Part shown: positions 12,199 through 26,375 of the stretch, piece after piece
Layout of the letters: every line of letters begins with the position of its first letter
Position numbering within the stretch: position 1 is the first letter of the stretch
Assembly (NCBI RefSeq): GCF_018350175.1
Contig: NC_058368.1
Span: 59,894,001 to 59,958,000 of the forward strand
DNA length: 64,000 nucleotides
DNA from: Felis catus
Lineage: Eukaryota
Direction of reading: 5' to 3'
Translations under genes and position numbers: made by a program
The notes under the pieces: model-generated
The model's input: only the letters and a program-made list of their open reading frames with translations
Databases searched by the model: none
What the model was told of the DNA's origin: nothing

Positions 12199-12819
12199 TT
12201 TTGTGTTGTACGTAAAATGTTTGATGCCAATAAAATCACAATCCTTCTAAATTATTTCTCCTTTAGAAGCATTTATTTACCATGAGTTTTTTTTTATTCT
12301 TGACTATTAAAAACTTCTTGACTTCACCAGAATTTTTGGTTCAGTCTCTCCCACTTTATTTAAATATTCTTGTAAAGCATTGAATGAAACTTTTCCTACT
12401 GGAGCTTGATACTTATTTTAGCTTTAGTAAGATTATACATTAAATAAATACCTAAAATACATAAATAAAAATATATGCATCTTTCCTGCCTATCTCAATA
12501 TTTTCTCTCTTTGTATTTTTGTTATATATTATGGAAGACACTTCAAGCATATCCTTAAGAATACTTCATTTTTCAACTGTACTAGTCTGTGGTTTTGCAA
12601 TTTCACTGAGTTTATTTTGAATTTTTTTAATTTCTAAGACCTCTTATCATGTTTGCTCTTCTTTTCATGCCATTTTCTCTTTCTTTATGCATATATGATT
12701 CCATAATATAATATATGCCTAGTTTACTCTTTATATCTTTCGTAACAAGCCCTATGTTTTGATGGTCATGAGGGCTTCCTCTCTTAAGTCTTTTCTTCTT
12801 AACCTACAGTCTTTTATAA

Positions 12820-13410
12820 GAGATGTCATTCACCCACATTAAATTCAAATACATTGGCATCTTCTAAATTTAATCTTCAATCCATGCCAATAGGTGGAAT
12901 CTCCTTATGTCACCTTGAAATCTGGAATATCTAAGAGATACATCAAATTTAACATGTCTTAAACTGAACTCATAATTTTCACATCAAATTTAGCCATGCT
13001 CTAGTATTCTCGATCACAATAAATGACCAGGCAATGCTTCCTTTAGAAACCTTAGAGGCAATAATAAATCCTTCCTCTATTTCACCTCTTCGTTTCAAAC
13101 AATTTCATATCCTGGTAATTTTAAGTATGTGTGTTTTCCTCCAAATTTGTTGACACTGTTCTAGACTAAGTAGCATCATCTCCCACCAGTATTCTTGTTT
13201 TATCCTCATGACTTTTCTCCAATTCATTTTTTTTATTCTTCCAATAGCTGTACTAAAGTGCAGGTAGGGTGAAATTTTGAATATAAATTTAACGTATCAT
13301 TACTGAAACACTTCAGTTTCTACCAATTGGCTTTTAAATAGAGTTCAAATATCTTTACATGAATAAAAAGATTCTCCATGATTGGCATCTTAACTTCTTC
13401 TGATGATTCA
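12820..13410 (+). mobile_element. LINE-2 fragment
   Basis: atatctaagagatacatcaaatttaacatgtcttaaactgaactcataattttc is a well-known L2 motif. Confidence 0.7.
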
Positions 13411-14392
13411 TTGCTGATCTTTTTTATATCATATGGAGACATTAATCATCAGAATATTGTTCAATTTTCATAATTAAGAGAAAAAAGTGAAAGACAGTGG
13501 TGTGCAACTGACCATACATATATATTAAATAACATTCTTAATTTAGTTGAAAATTCACAATAGATTTTAATGTGTAACATAGTAATCTTATACACACACA
13601 CACACACATCAGTAATAACAAAACACAGTTACATAAATGCACATATTCTGAAGAAGTTACAGTAGACTTGAGTGGTAATCCTTATTGTTATAATTGCAGA
13701 AAATTTAGAAGAGCCATCACTTTGGCCACCTGGTCTACTTTCTGCTCATTCATTCTAATGGAGAAGAAAACTTAGAAATTGTGTGACTTAGAATATAAAT
13801 ATACCTGCCAGCAAAGATTAATGATCTGTTACAATGGACAGTGAATCAGCTGTATGATGAATTCCATCTCATTTGAACAAACATCCTGAAATATAAAAAA
13901 TAATATAAATTATACTTACAAAATGATAATGAAAACTTTTGATATAAACCATGAAAGAATGAAATACAAATTGCATAATGAGCTAATGTATCCATCAGTA
14001 GCCTTGTAAGTACATAATTTAACAAAACATTTAAATAGTTAATACCTAATGCTAATGACTAATAACAATTCTAAATAAGGGATATAGTGATTTATTAGTC
14101 ATGGTAAAAATAAACTATAAAATGCAGTTAAATATTATTCATATTCCTATACATATATAAATATATACATATATATATGTATTCATGTGCAGATATGTTA
14201 TAATCTTGAAATACTTACTAAATATATTTATATATATATATATATGTACATTACAAAACAGTATTAGAAATCTTATTTGAAAAAAATGGAGGTAAAACAC
14301 TTCTTCATTTTTGGTTTCTGCAAGGCTTTAGAAAGGACATGGTAAGCAGTAATTCAAAAAATACAGAGGATGAGATTAAATCTGAGCTTCAT

Positions 14393-14590
14393 GGGCTTCT
14401 GAGTGCCTCAGTCAGTTAAACATCTGACTTTGGCCCAGGTCATGATCTTGTTCATGTCATTTGTGAGTTCGAGTCCTGCCTTGGGCTCTCTGCTATCAGC
14501 ACAGAGCCCACTTCAGATCCTCTGTCTCCCACTCTCTCTGTCCCTCCCTCGTAGACTCTCTCTCTCTCAAAAATAAACATTAAAAAAAAA
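14393..14590 (+). mobile_element. CanSINE (older, CpG-depleted)
   Basis: Head, CT tract and A tail; TSD ttaaatctgagct / ttaaatctcagct. Confidence 0.93.
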
Positions 14591-16348
14591 CCACGTTTTA
14601 AATCTCAGCTGTAAATTTTTCACAATGCAGGGATTCCATCTTGACTTCCTTAGATAGGAATCCATGGCACTTAAAAACATGTCCAGTGATGCAGTGTTCC
14701 TAGGGAAGTTATTTCCATTTTTAGTCAGTTAATTTTTTAAAAGCTTTTATCCAATGATTTTTCAACAGATTGAATTTTACTACCAACGTATGAAATCTGT
14801 TCAACTTTCATTGAAAATTCTTGAATGTTGAAAGGAATGTGACTCACTAATATCCATGTAATTACTTAGGTACTACGACAAATTGTTTATAGAAAGTATA
14901 GTGCATCAGAATTAGGTAAATTAGAATTTTTTGAAGTATGGCATTTTATATTAGCATATTCAATAGTATATTTGAGACTAGAATAACTAATATGAACAGA
15001 GTGTGTCTACATAGAATTTATTTGTGTAGGGAGAATCACAGAGTTTCTTTTACTGTATATTTTCATTAGGTGTGAAGAAAACTACAATTTCTAGGCAAGG
15101 TCTGGAAAGAAAGAAAAGAAAATCTGATCACTATATTACTTTTGTGTTTAAATACAGCAAATAGTTTACTATTGCTAATTTATATTGAGATGAGTGGCCA
15201 TGAACTATAAATTTTTTTATACTGCAGGATTTAAGGGATTTATATTTATGGAAGGATGTGGTGCTACTATCTCCCTCTTAGCACCTAAACTCAAAGTATC
15301 AGCTGATGAAAAATTTTAAAAAAAGTTTAAAGAATGATATTAATAGGTAGCTATTTGATTTTGTACATAACTATTTGATCTTTAAATATAGATTTAGAAA
15401 ATTATTAGATCTTTCAAAAGCATGGAGAAGGTTAGACTGATTGTAAAGGGTGATGGCAAGCTTAAAGAAATTTTACCTGAGGAAGACCTTCATTAATGAT
15501 GTTATTTTTTGAATTTTGGTTTAATTATCAGAATTTTTCAAAACTAAATAAAATTGATATTTAGAAAAAATTTAGGGAAAATTATTGTCACTATTATGCC
15601 TTTATTAACTTTCTAGTCTGAATAAAACAAATTTTATAATACATTCCTTATATTTGAGTAATTTATGTTTATATTTATTGATTAACATAAAGGAAGTTTG
15701 CATAGCTCTAATGTCCACATATGTGTCTACTTCTATTGGGTTAAATAATTAATATATTTTTCAAGACAACAAAAAATAAAAACTTATAAGTTGGAGAAAC
15801 AAATTGGAAACATATTTTCCCATAAGGTATAACAGGTTTGACAGAAAAGTTAGGACTCACAGACTTCTATCTAAAATCTTTTCTAAATATCAATTATCCT
15901 TATCTGAATATTTACTTAGCAATTTAGTCTTGCTGTAGTCATGTGCTTCAAAAATCCAAATATGATACAATATTTAGAACTTTGATTGTTCCCATTGAAA
16001 ATCAGAGTTCTAGTCTGATAGTCCTTAAAGGAGTTTTCTTTATTATTATTATTATCAGATATTTTTGGTACATGGAAGCATAGACAGCAAATTCAAGGAA
16101 TTGTGATGTTATTTTTAGCAATACATATTTTATATTATTTCCATTTTATTTTGTTCCAATTAGATAAATTATGTAAAGTGAAGTGAAATTGTACTGATTT
16201 GTATTGAGAACAGAAGGGTGAAATAAAGCAAGGGATGGGGATATTGAAGAGCTGAAGGGAAAAGTGTGTATTCAAATGTTTTGGGAACCTGAGGGTCTGT
16301 ATTAGCAGGAGAAAAAGAAGGGTGAAGAAAAACAGGGAAGAAAGGTGT

Positions 16349-16354
16349 TGTGTG

Positions 16355-16397
<43 letters not shown>
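16349..16397. repeat. (GT)n microsatellite
   Basis: Read directly from the sequence. Confidence 0.97.
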
Positions 16398-16400
<3 letters not shown>

Positions 16401-17349
16401 ATATTCTCCCACACTATAATCCATGGGAAGTGGAGAGGGAATGAAGAATTAGAAATGTATGTCAGATGTTTAAAGCAGTACATATTCAACCAGAAAACTA
16501 TATGACTACAGTCAGACCAGAGGGATAGCCTGTCATAGATGAGTTAAAGGTCAGTACTGGAGGCTGAGCATTGAAAGTAAGAAACTGCAGTAGTTCTGTG
16601 AAAGGAAATAAGATGGGTATTTGGCATAGTGGTAATGCTGTCATTCTGGATTAGAAATGTGGTTAAGTGAATGTGTTTATTTTTGCCTAAATAAGCAAGG
16701 TGCATACTTATCATTTGTATGCTAGACTTCCTTCAGAAATATTATACAAAATATTCAAAATATCCATTCAATAATACGCATCCCAAATCCAAAAGCAACA
16801 CAGAAACTATCAATGATTTAGCCAATTTATCCACTTTCATGACCAGATAGATTAATCAGTTGCAATTTCTGCTTGTTCTCTTTACCTGAATATAGTAGAT
16901 AGGCAGATATTGGATGAAATACTAAGAAAAAAGTTAAAAAAAAAAAAGAAGACTAACCTGGATGAGTTCCAACCCAAGAAGGTATATGTACCAAATATGC
17001 ACACAACATATGTGCAAATAGACATGAGCATTAGCTGAGGATACTATTTAAAGATCATTTAGATTCTTTCCAAAACTGATATCACCATTTCTTAAGGAGA
17101 AATATAATTATATTTTACATTCCTATGTCTTCTATGTCTTGATTAAGGTATAGAAATTAGTAGTTTTGTTAGAGAAGCTACATCGCAATGCTCATTTGGG
17201 CATGTGAGGAGTAGAGAGAATAAATCTATTTTCATCTTGAATTTTAAGTAATCAGGCCAACACATTGTGTCTCTTTTACAGAGATGTGTTAGGATTAAAT
17301 GAGAAGCTATATGGTAAACTTGTTTCTCCCTTTCACCCAACAACACCTA

Positions 17350-18490
17350 ATCATTCGATGGTAGATACAAAACACTGTTCTAGTGCTATGTAGATAGTTT
17401 TAAAGAAGGTAAGAAGTATCCTGGCCTTTATGGAGCTTAAAGCCTGGTGATGGAAAATTAATATAAACAAGTAAATAAAAAAATGAGACAAAATGACCAT
17501 GCAAAATAATAAGAAATCTGAAGGAAATACACAAAATGGTGTGGTAGAGCACAGCTGTGGAGGAGTAGGGTGTTCTAATTTAGACACTATGATCAGTGAA
17601 GGTCTCACTTAAGATGTCACATTTCAGCTAAGTCTGGAATGATGGGAAGGAGCCAATCAATGCATACATCCAAAAGAAGAATTTTGATGCAGAGAAACAG
17701 AATTTTCAAGCAAGAACTCTGAGCACTTAGGAAAGAGAAAATAATACAGGGAAGTGGAAGAGGGGTCATTAGGAGAAAATAATTCTGGAGTGATATATAG
17801 GAACCAAGCCATGGAATTTAGTTGGCTGTGGTAAATTGTTTACTATTTATTCTAATAAAATATAAAACACTGAAATTTGTTAAGCTGAGTATGTCCATAC
17901 CTGATTCAAAGTTAGAAAAGATCCTTTTGACTACATCATAGATATTAATTAGTCTCAGACAACTGTTCAGAAGACGTTACAAATTAGGCGATTACTGAAT
18001 TTGACTTTAAAGAAAACTTTGTTAATGCAGGCAAAAATGATGAAAAGAATGTTTTTGAATTTAGGCTTTTTTTTTATTTTTTAAGTTTATTTATTTTGTG
18101 AGAGAGACAAGGAGGGGAAGGGAGGGGCAGAGGAAGAAAGGGAGAGAGAGAATCCCAAGCAGGCTCTGCACTGGCAGCAAAGAGCATGATGTAGGACTCG
18201 AACCCACGAACTGCAAAATCATGACCTGAACTGAAACCAAAAGTTGACGTTTAACCAACTGAGCCACCCAGGCGCCCCTGAGTTTAGACTCTTAATAATT
18301 TTTTGGTGACTGGATATGAGGGATAAAGAAAATGAGAAGATGATTTCCATTTTTTGTCTCAAGTAATTTTGGGGGTTCTATTTATGTTACTGAAATTTAC
18401 TTGGGAAGGAACCAGTTTAGTAAAATACAAATCTATTGATCTATTGGGCATATCCATTCAGAGATGCCTCCTTAGAAATCCAATTGTAAA
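17350..18490 (-). mobile_element. LINE-2 3' portion interrupted by a SINE
   Basis: cactgttctagtgct...cctggcctttatggagctta...ataaacaagtaaata...atcagtgaaggtctcacttaagatgtcacattt follow the reverse L2 consensus. Confidence 0.8.
18067..18278 (-). mobile_element. CanSINE
   Basis: Reverse CanSINE ending gagccacccaggcgcccc; diverged TSD tgaatttaggct / tgagtttagact. Confidence 0.95.
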
Positions 18491-19088
18491 TGCAAAGAAG
18501 AGAAACTTAACATTGGTTTTCGTAGGGTCAGTTTTTGTGGCAGGGTAGACAAAGCTTTATGCCAGTGCATAAGAAAAGTCTAATTAGAACTCTTGCTCAT
18601 AGAGTTGGAATCCCTGGACTGCACCCTCATCTCAAAGGACTGCAACAAAAGTTGCTTTGGCTTTATGCAGTGTAAATGGTAGTGGAGTAGTCCCAGAGAA
18701 GTTTTATACCAAAGCTGACATTCATAGGTCTTTGCAGATGTACTTTACAGTACCTGGGACATTCAAAAACATTGGCCAATGAAAATAGTTAATGTGATCC
18801 TAGACTAGTAAAAAATCTTTTTTAGAGGAATACAGCTTTCCCCTAGTCCTCAGAGGAATTCCACAAGTATTTTCAGAGGAACATGAACATCTCTAAAAAA
18901 ATCAATAAGCACAAAAGGAAACAAGGCATGATTTGTGATAATCAGCAGAAAACCAAGGGGAAAACTGGCCTGCTTATTCTATGATGTTGGATATAGTATA
19001 AAAATAACTATTCTTACAAAGTTTTCATTGAAAAATATAGAAAACATCTAGAGAAGTTGGTAAATTTTGAACAATAAACCAAGTATAT

Positions 19089-19310
19089 TTTTTTTCTTTC
19101 TTTTTTTTTAATGTTTATTTATTTTTGAGAGAAAGAGACTGAGCACAAGTGAGGGAGGGGCAGAGAAAAAGGGAGACAAAGAATCCCAAGCAGGTTCCAG
19201 GCTCTGAGCTGTCAGCACAGAGCCTGATGCAGGGTTCGAACTCACGAGCCGTGAGATCATGACCTGAGCCAAAGTTGGATGCTCAGCCAACTGAGCCATC
19301 CAGATGCCCC
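19089..19310 (-). mobile_element. CanSINE
   Basis: Reverse CanSINE; TSD caagtatatttt / caagtagatttt. Confidence 0.96.
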
Positions 19311-20037
19311 CAAGTAGATTTTTAAAAAAGAAAATAATATTTCTAGAAATTAAGAACAAAATTATAGAAAAAAATTCAATTAACAAGATAGTAAACCACA
19401 GCTGGCTATGTCTCCCTTGCAATAATTAAAAAGAGGAAAAAACCTAGATAAATAGAAAAATACATGTCTTTTAAAGAAATAAAACAGCTCAGGAAGAAAA
19501 TCAAATTAAATAATCTGAAATTCTAGAGGGACAGCTTTTATAAGGTGACAGTTTATCATTGAGTATTTTCTTTTTAGGGAGTATTTGCTAACTCTGGACA
19601 TGGCTGATGATTGTACTTGGCCCATATTGAGGCACTTTCCTGGGGAAAGAGAATCAAGCAAAATTTGGATATTTGTGCACTTCCAGCACAACAATTTTGA
19701 AAATCCAGAAGCCCTAAATGCATGATTGGGTTTATCCTGTTGTCCATTTAATAAATTATTTTGCTAGATAGCAGGTTAATAGTTTACGTAAGCCAAATGA
19801 ATGATCTATTGTCTTGTAATATTTAGAAGAAATATTTACACCTAAAGAATGGGGCTTCTCTCAAACACGCATCCTGTTTTCTACTAAAGACATTTGCTGG
19901 AATTGAAGCAGGGTACTGTGGTTCAGAGGAAAAAAATGACAGAGCCTGAAACCTCCAAAAAATAGACCCACATAGTCCTTCACAGAGAGAGAGAGAGACC
20001 TGATTAGACACTCAAATAAAAATCTGTTAGGAACACC

Positions 20038-20391
20038 TGGTATAGACTGAATTTGTGTCTCTCCAAAATTCATATGTTGAAGCCTAATTCCCAGTGTGGT
20101 TTTATTTTGGAGTTTGGGCCTTTAGGTGACAAGGGGAGAGGCCTCAGGAATGGAATTATAATGGCATTATAAAGTGACCCCAGAAAGTTCCCTTTCCGAT
20201 CTACCACATGAGGACACAGAGGAAAGATGGTCATCTATGAACCAGAAAGCAGGCCTTCATCAGATGACTTAATCTGCCAACACTTTAATCTTGGACTTCC
20301 CAGCCTTCAGAACCATGGAAATAAGTTTCTGTTGTTTAAAAGCCACCCAGTGTATTGAATTGTGTTATAGCAGCCTAAATGGACTAAGTCA
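20038..20391 (+). mobile_element. MaLR MLT1A-type solo LTR
   Basis: gactgaatttgtgtctctccaaaattcatatgttgaagcctaa...ttggacttcccagccttcagaacc...ttatagcagcctaaatggactaag. Confidence 0.9.
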
Positions 20392-20671
20392 ACTATGCAC
20401 AAGCAACAGTAACAACAACAAAGATTCTTACTAAAATTGCAATCTTGTCCTGACCAAATTGATCTCTGATGGATTGAGGTGATCCATCACTTACCCTGTC
20501 TGCCCAATAGTAGAAAGTGGGAATGATCTTCTTGAAACATCATTTGAAGCTTTTTCTATTCCTTTCTATATCTTGCCTGGAATAATATACAAGGCATTAC
20601 ACATGTTAAGAGATAAAATAATATAACACAATGAAGAGAAAGAAAACAAACATTAGAATCAGACCCACAGA

Positions 20672-20795
20672 GGGGCGCCTGGGTGGCTCAGTTGGTTTAG
20701 TGGCTGACTCTTGGTCTCGGTTCAGGTCATGATCTCAGGGTTCATGGGTTTTAGCCCCACTTTGGGCTCTGCACTGACAGCGCAGATCCTGCTTG

Positions 20796-20835
<40 letters not shown>

Positions 20836-20899
20836 ATTCTCTCTTTCTCAAAATAAACTTTTAAAACGTTTTTAAATATTACAAACATTGGAAAAAAAA
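20672..20899 (+). mobile_element. CanSINE with expanded (CT)n
   Basis: TSD agaatcagacccacaga (20655-20671) / agaatcagatccacaga (20900-20916). Confidence 0.96.
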
Positions 20900-21737
20900 A
20901 GAATCAGATCCACAGAGAATCTAGACATTGGGATTAGCAGATAATGATTTTAAAATAACTGAAACAATATAAATGAATAGAAATTGGCATAAATATTAGA
21001 CAAAAAGATGAAAAGATGGAGAATTATTATTAATTAAATGAATCACATATATAGTACAAATACAAACAAAATGGCTGTAATTAAGAACCTTTTGGGTAAG
21101 TTTAATAATCAAACGGACCCTGTAAAATACAGCTAGTTAATTAGAGATTATGTCAACATAAAATAGCCAAACTGGAAGCAGAGAGAAAAAAAAAATAGAA
21201 AAAAAGAGATCAGTCTATACCACAAAGTGAACATAGTTAAAGTCTAAAATAAGTGTAAATAGAGTTCAAGGGAGGAGAAAGGAGAAATGTATCAGAAGAG
21301 AAAGCAAATACGAATTTTTAAAGGTGGCAACACATAGATTCAAGAAGCTAAGCAGCCTCAAAGTGGAAGAAGTACAAGGAAAGGCACAATGGAATGTATC
21401 ACAATCTAACCTTTAAGATTTTTCAAAACACCTTGAGGGGAAAAAGACATGTTACCTTCACAGATCAGAAGACTTCTAGAAAAAACTTCAACAAAATCAG
21501 TGAGTCAGAAAATATGAAAAGAGTAAAATAATTCCAAAAGCCTGATAATACAGATATTAAAAATCTATATTTAGTATATATTTTCCTGGAAAATTAATGT
21601 AAAATAAGGAAATTTCAGGCCCCCATCCCCCCCCCCAAAAAAAAAACCTGAAATAATTTGTCACCAACAGTTTGGACTTCCAGAAGTCCTTAAATTAAAC
21701 CAATTTTCTCTACTTAAATAACAGAATGAACTTTTGT

Positions 21738-21880
21738 AAATGCCTCAGTTTCCTTACCTATGAACATAGGAGCAATATTGCCTAATTATAAGGGACAACG
21801 TTTAGAGGATTATTTGATTTAATATGTTGAAGATGCTTAAAGCTATACCTAGGGTATAAAATATATTCAACAAATTACTT
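21738..21880 (+). mobile_element. MIR fragment
   Basis: tgcctcagtttccttacctatgaa MIR core plus a MIR-like 3' tail. Confidence 0.6.
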
Positions 21881-24800
21881 TGATCAGTTTTAAACATTCT
21901 ACTCAAGACCTCTATTAATTGGTGCATGTATCTTATTATTGAATGAATATGTTTCAGTCACTGAGACACAGTGGATGGATATCAAGAGCCAGGAACTGGG
22001 AGTTAATATAAGCTTTTTCTTTTCTATAAATCTCCATCTATCTACTTACTTACTTACTTTATAATTCTGGAAAAGCTGTATTATACCTTTTGTCTCTATT
22101 TCTGCACCTGGAAGATGTAAATATTATATGTAGCTCACATTATATGGCTGTTGTCAGTTTTAAATAAATTAGTGTATGTTTAGAGATCATTAACATGTGG
22201 TACTATTGTTAGCATAAGTGTTGTTTATTGTCAACACTATAAACAGTGCTAAAATAGCAACAACTACACATAACTCTGTGTGCTCATCTGTGATCCATTC
22301 GCTGAGATAAGATGCTCAAGAGTCAAAATTCATCATCATTTTAAGATGATAAGTATCATTAAATTACCCTTTAGTCAACTCTAGAAACAGCCTGTCACCA
22401 AGAATGCATAAATTACAGCTTTTGTATACATTCCTTAAGACAATAGATAAAAGAATTATTATGCTCATACAAATCTTTATACATTTCACAAGTAAAAAAA
22501 TAGTTCATTTTCTCTTTTTTCAGATAATAAAGTATGATAAATCACTATTATTAATAATATAATATAATCAAAGAATATACATAAAAGTAATATTCCAAAA
22601 GAATTCAAATTTAAAAAAACATTTAGAATACTAATTAAATACAATTGTTTGTGTTTGTTGATGATTGTGCACATAAAATAACATTTATGTGTGGTCTCTA
22701 ACTGATTGATATGTAACAATAAATTGCATGCATAATTTTCATAGAAAAATGATGCTCATTCCCTTTAAACTTTTAATTTTTTTCATTACTAGACCTAATT
22801 AGAACGTATTTTCTTCCCAAATGAATCAATGACATATAGTTACAAGTTTTTTTTCCTTTATTTTCTTTGAACTAAGAACAAAATAAAGTCAATGAAAAAA
22901 AATGTGCTGGAGCTAATTAAATATAGAATGACACATTGAACTCATAGATTATTAATGTTTCAGATGTCCTCAGAGATCATTTTAATTTGATTTTTTTTCC
23001 TACCACTGAAACCCTTACATAAGGTCACTAATGGCAATGCACTCCACAGATGAAGGGAAATGATTATTTTTTAGAAAGCACTTTCTAATATTGAAAGAAA
23101 ATTTCCCTTTTTTGTCACATTCACCTATCTACCCCCAATTCTGCACTAAGCTGTCATAAGGAATCTTTAATACATTATTTTTAAAACATTAGAATGCAGT
23201 TAAAAACAAAAGAAATCACAACTTTTGATCAACCAACTTTCCTTCAGGTATTTTAATGCTGCTTGATCTCCACTCTTTCTGGCTATTCTCACTAGGTAAA
23301 TTCACTATCTCAACATCTCTTTGAACTTAAGAGGAAAAATTTTATTTAATTTAATTTCAGGTTTCATTAGTTTTACCAAATATTTTAATTCCTTTAAAAA
23401 ATCAATCATGTAAATATTTTTTTTCCACGTTGTCAGTGGATAAAGTAGTAGTAATTTCAATATTCAGGTATCTCTTCATAACTTCAACAGCTAAGAGAAA
23501 CCCAGAAAAAAACTGCAAGTCTTACCCACATATATTGGACATATTAAGCAAACTTATTAGTTGATATTCAGTTGCGTGTTATTCAAATATCTACAGAAAA
23601 GTATTCCAAAAATTTTTGGCAATTTGAAATAAGTAAATATTTATGACAATGTCTTGCTTTGAATGTCACCATACTGTAAATATTCTATTAGAAGAAATTT
23701 AATTTGGTCAGAGTTCTTAACATAAAGAAATGGGAATCTCTGGAACACAAACTTAATTTAATCATTGTATTTAAATTAAGTAAACTTGCAGGTAAATAAA
23801 TATTAACAAGAGATTTAAAATGTTTTTGACAATTACAATTTAATTAAGTAGAATATAAAATTCAGGAATGAAAGAATTTTAAATGCTTTGGTCACTTTTT
23901 GGTCTCATCTAATTTAAATCTATGCATATTTAAGATTGAGGCATCTATAAAGGGGAATAATAAAGCTCACCCAGGGAAACAAAGGGTAAGATTTAAGAAG
24001 TTCTTTCTGCTGCTGCAGCTAAAACTAGAATTGCCCTACAGGAAATTGTGATTCTCTCGTACATTTAAGTAGTTCTCATTTCCAGAAGTGGAATAAGGCA
24101 AATTAACCAGAGGGAAAGCCCCTCTGTTTTATTTTTGATTATAGCAGTTCCCACAAAAGATCAAATTTTAATGGAAGAAAATTTAATATATGTTTAGGTG
24201 ATACTGATAATACAGTAACAACTGCACCTCCAATCAGTTCTTCTGAAAATACAGAAACTAAATAATTACTGATGTGAAGTCTGCTTATGGATCTATTTCA
24301 TAGCATTCTAATTACATTTGAATGAATAAAATTGCTGGTGGACATAGTTTTTCTTCGCCTTTTAAAAATTGGGTAATAATCTGTTAAATTCATTGCTGTA
24401 TCTACCTTCCTACTTTCTGTGTTCTGATTCTAAACAACCTAGTTTAGCTCTTATAAATGCAAGAACATACCCTATATTAATCCTTTCTGCTTAACTTCTC
24501 AGCAGGATGAATTTAAAGTCATCTCAATGGCCCCAAGCAATATTTTAAAAAACAAGCATAGAAAAATCCTAATAGATCATCAGGATCATTCTGATGTCAG
24601 AAAAATAATAGTCCTAAATACAGCCTTCAGTATTTTATTTCAAACTCACATTTAAATTCCAAAGTAATAGAGTTTTAATATCAGGGAGATGTTAATCAAG
24701 AACAAATTTATAGAATTATACAAAAATAGTTCAGTGGGAATTTACTCATTATGATACTTAATTTGAGCTTCTCATCATACTGTGTACCCCAAGGGAGTTG

Positions 24801-26267
24801 GTTTATGCTCAACATTGATGGATTTGATCAAATGAAGAAAGACTTAGATTGATTGTAAATAACTGTAGTGAATATGAAAATTCTATGAAAGAAATGAAAT
24901 ATATCACAGAGAATATGAGAAAATAGGAGAAACTAGTTAAAATTATATTTTATATTGTCAAATATAAAACTGGAATGTTCTTTCAACATAATTTTCTTAG
25001 TAGATACATAAAGAAACATATTTTAACCTAAAATAAGCACATATATTAATTTGTGCATTATAGGAAAACTTACATAACCAAAATATAATTATTAAAAAAA
25101 TATAAAACATAAATAATCTTGGCTACTTCTGCTTAAAATATAAATGTATAATAAGGTATCTTACTATAAATGTATGTTTTAAATGCTCCAAACTCACTAG
25201 AAAATTTTGAACACCAGCTTTTATGTATTTTATTAGAAATTTAACATTTTTATTAGATATATTAAACATTTATCTCTGGTTCTGTGGGTGGGGTTTGCAT
25301 GGCTATGGACCGGAGTAGGGTATTTATTACAAAAAAAGAGACAATGTCAATTATTTCCTTTATATTTTTATGCGTGGGGAATATGTAACTAAAATTTTTG
25401 AAGTTGATTGAAGAGAAAGCCTGTATTTTTCCGTCTTCTTGGAATAAATTTTAGATCTATAAAAGGCACAGGTGTACTATGGTATATGTTTTCATTTAAC
25501 AATATATTTGAAATCACACATTAAAATGATGGGACATTTTCTTAATTATCCAAAGATGCTCAGGAGGTTTCCACAAATGACAGAGTATTTTAGGAATATT
25601 TAGACTTTTGTAAAAAAATGATAAAGACATGATATTTAGAGGAATAGTCGGATGTGGAAGTTAACCCAAGTTCAAGGGTTAGCAATTGTATTATCGCCAT
25701 TCCTTTGAAATTAATTCCAGGGGTTTGATCGGCATATTGTTTTAACAACTTACTGATCCAGTCATTTATTAGCTCTATGAGATTGCACAGTCCATATGAT
25801 AAAATACACAAATTATCAAATAAAATTATATATATTAACATTTGGAGTTAGAGAAATAGTGATGTTCAATGATGTTTAACAAAAATACTTTATCATCTGT
25901 TTTCCCTCAAAGGAACATATAAAGTATACACATTTTCTGCTCAAAGCACAAGCGGTTTTGTGTTCTGGTTCCAGATAGATGGAGTAAGCATATTTTACCT
26001 TGTCTCTCCCCCTGAAAGAAACTATAAAACCTACCAAGAATGGATTTAGTAGCTATTTGAGAACACTGAAACATAAATTGTAGCCGACTGATTGGAAAAT
26101 AATTCCAAACAATACTGAACCAATGGTGAGTTAGCATTTCTTCGTCCATTGTTTTTCCAGGACCTGAATACCACACAACACAACACAAAAGTGAGCACTC
26201 ATGTACAGATGAGAGGACATCAGGAAAAGCCTTCTTGTCTGGTTCATAAAGCCACAAAGTGATCTTT

Positions 26268-26375
26268 GTATGGAATGTTGAATCACTATATTGTACACCT
26301 GAAACTGATACTACACTGTATGTTAACCAACTGGAATTTAAATAAAAAATTAAAAAGTAATAAAAAATAAATAAA
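26268..26375 (+). mobile_element. Short carnivore L1 3' end
   Basis: gttgaatcactatattgtacacctgaaactgatactacactgtatgttaaccaactggaattt followed by an A tail. Confidence 0.88.

Larger units (their letters stand above)
18540..21690 (+). mobile_element. Ancient L1M/HAL1-like 5' and ORF1 region hosting two SINEs and an MLT1 LTR
   Basis: A-rich ORF1-like motifs (agacccacag...ttgggattagcagataatgattttaaaataact; catagattcaagaagctaagc; aaaagacatgttaccttc). Confidence 0.5.

Noticed and set aside
13806..13886. Minus-strand exon-like segment with acceptor and donor
   Set aside because: Stops in all three frames; a non-coding exon cannot be supported from sequence alone
23526..23590. Minus-strand exon-like segment ending in GTAAGA
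   Set aside because: Stops in all three frames
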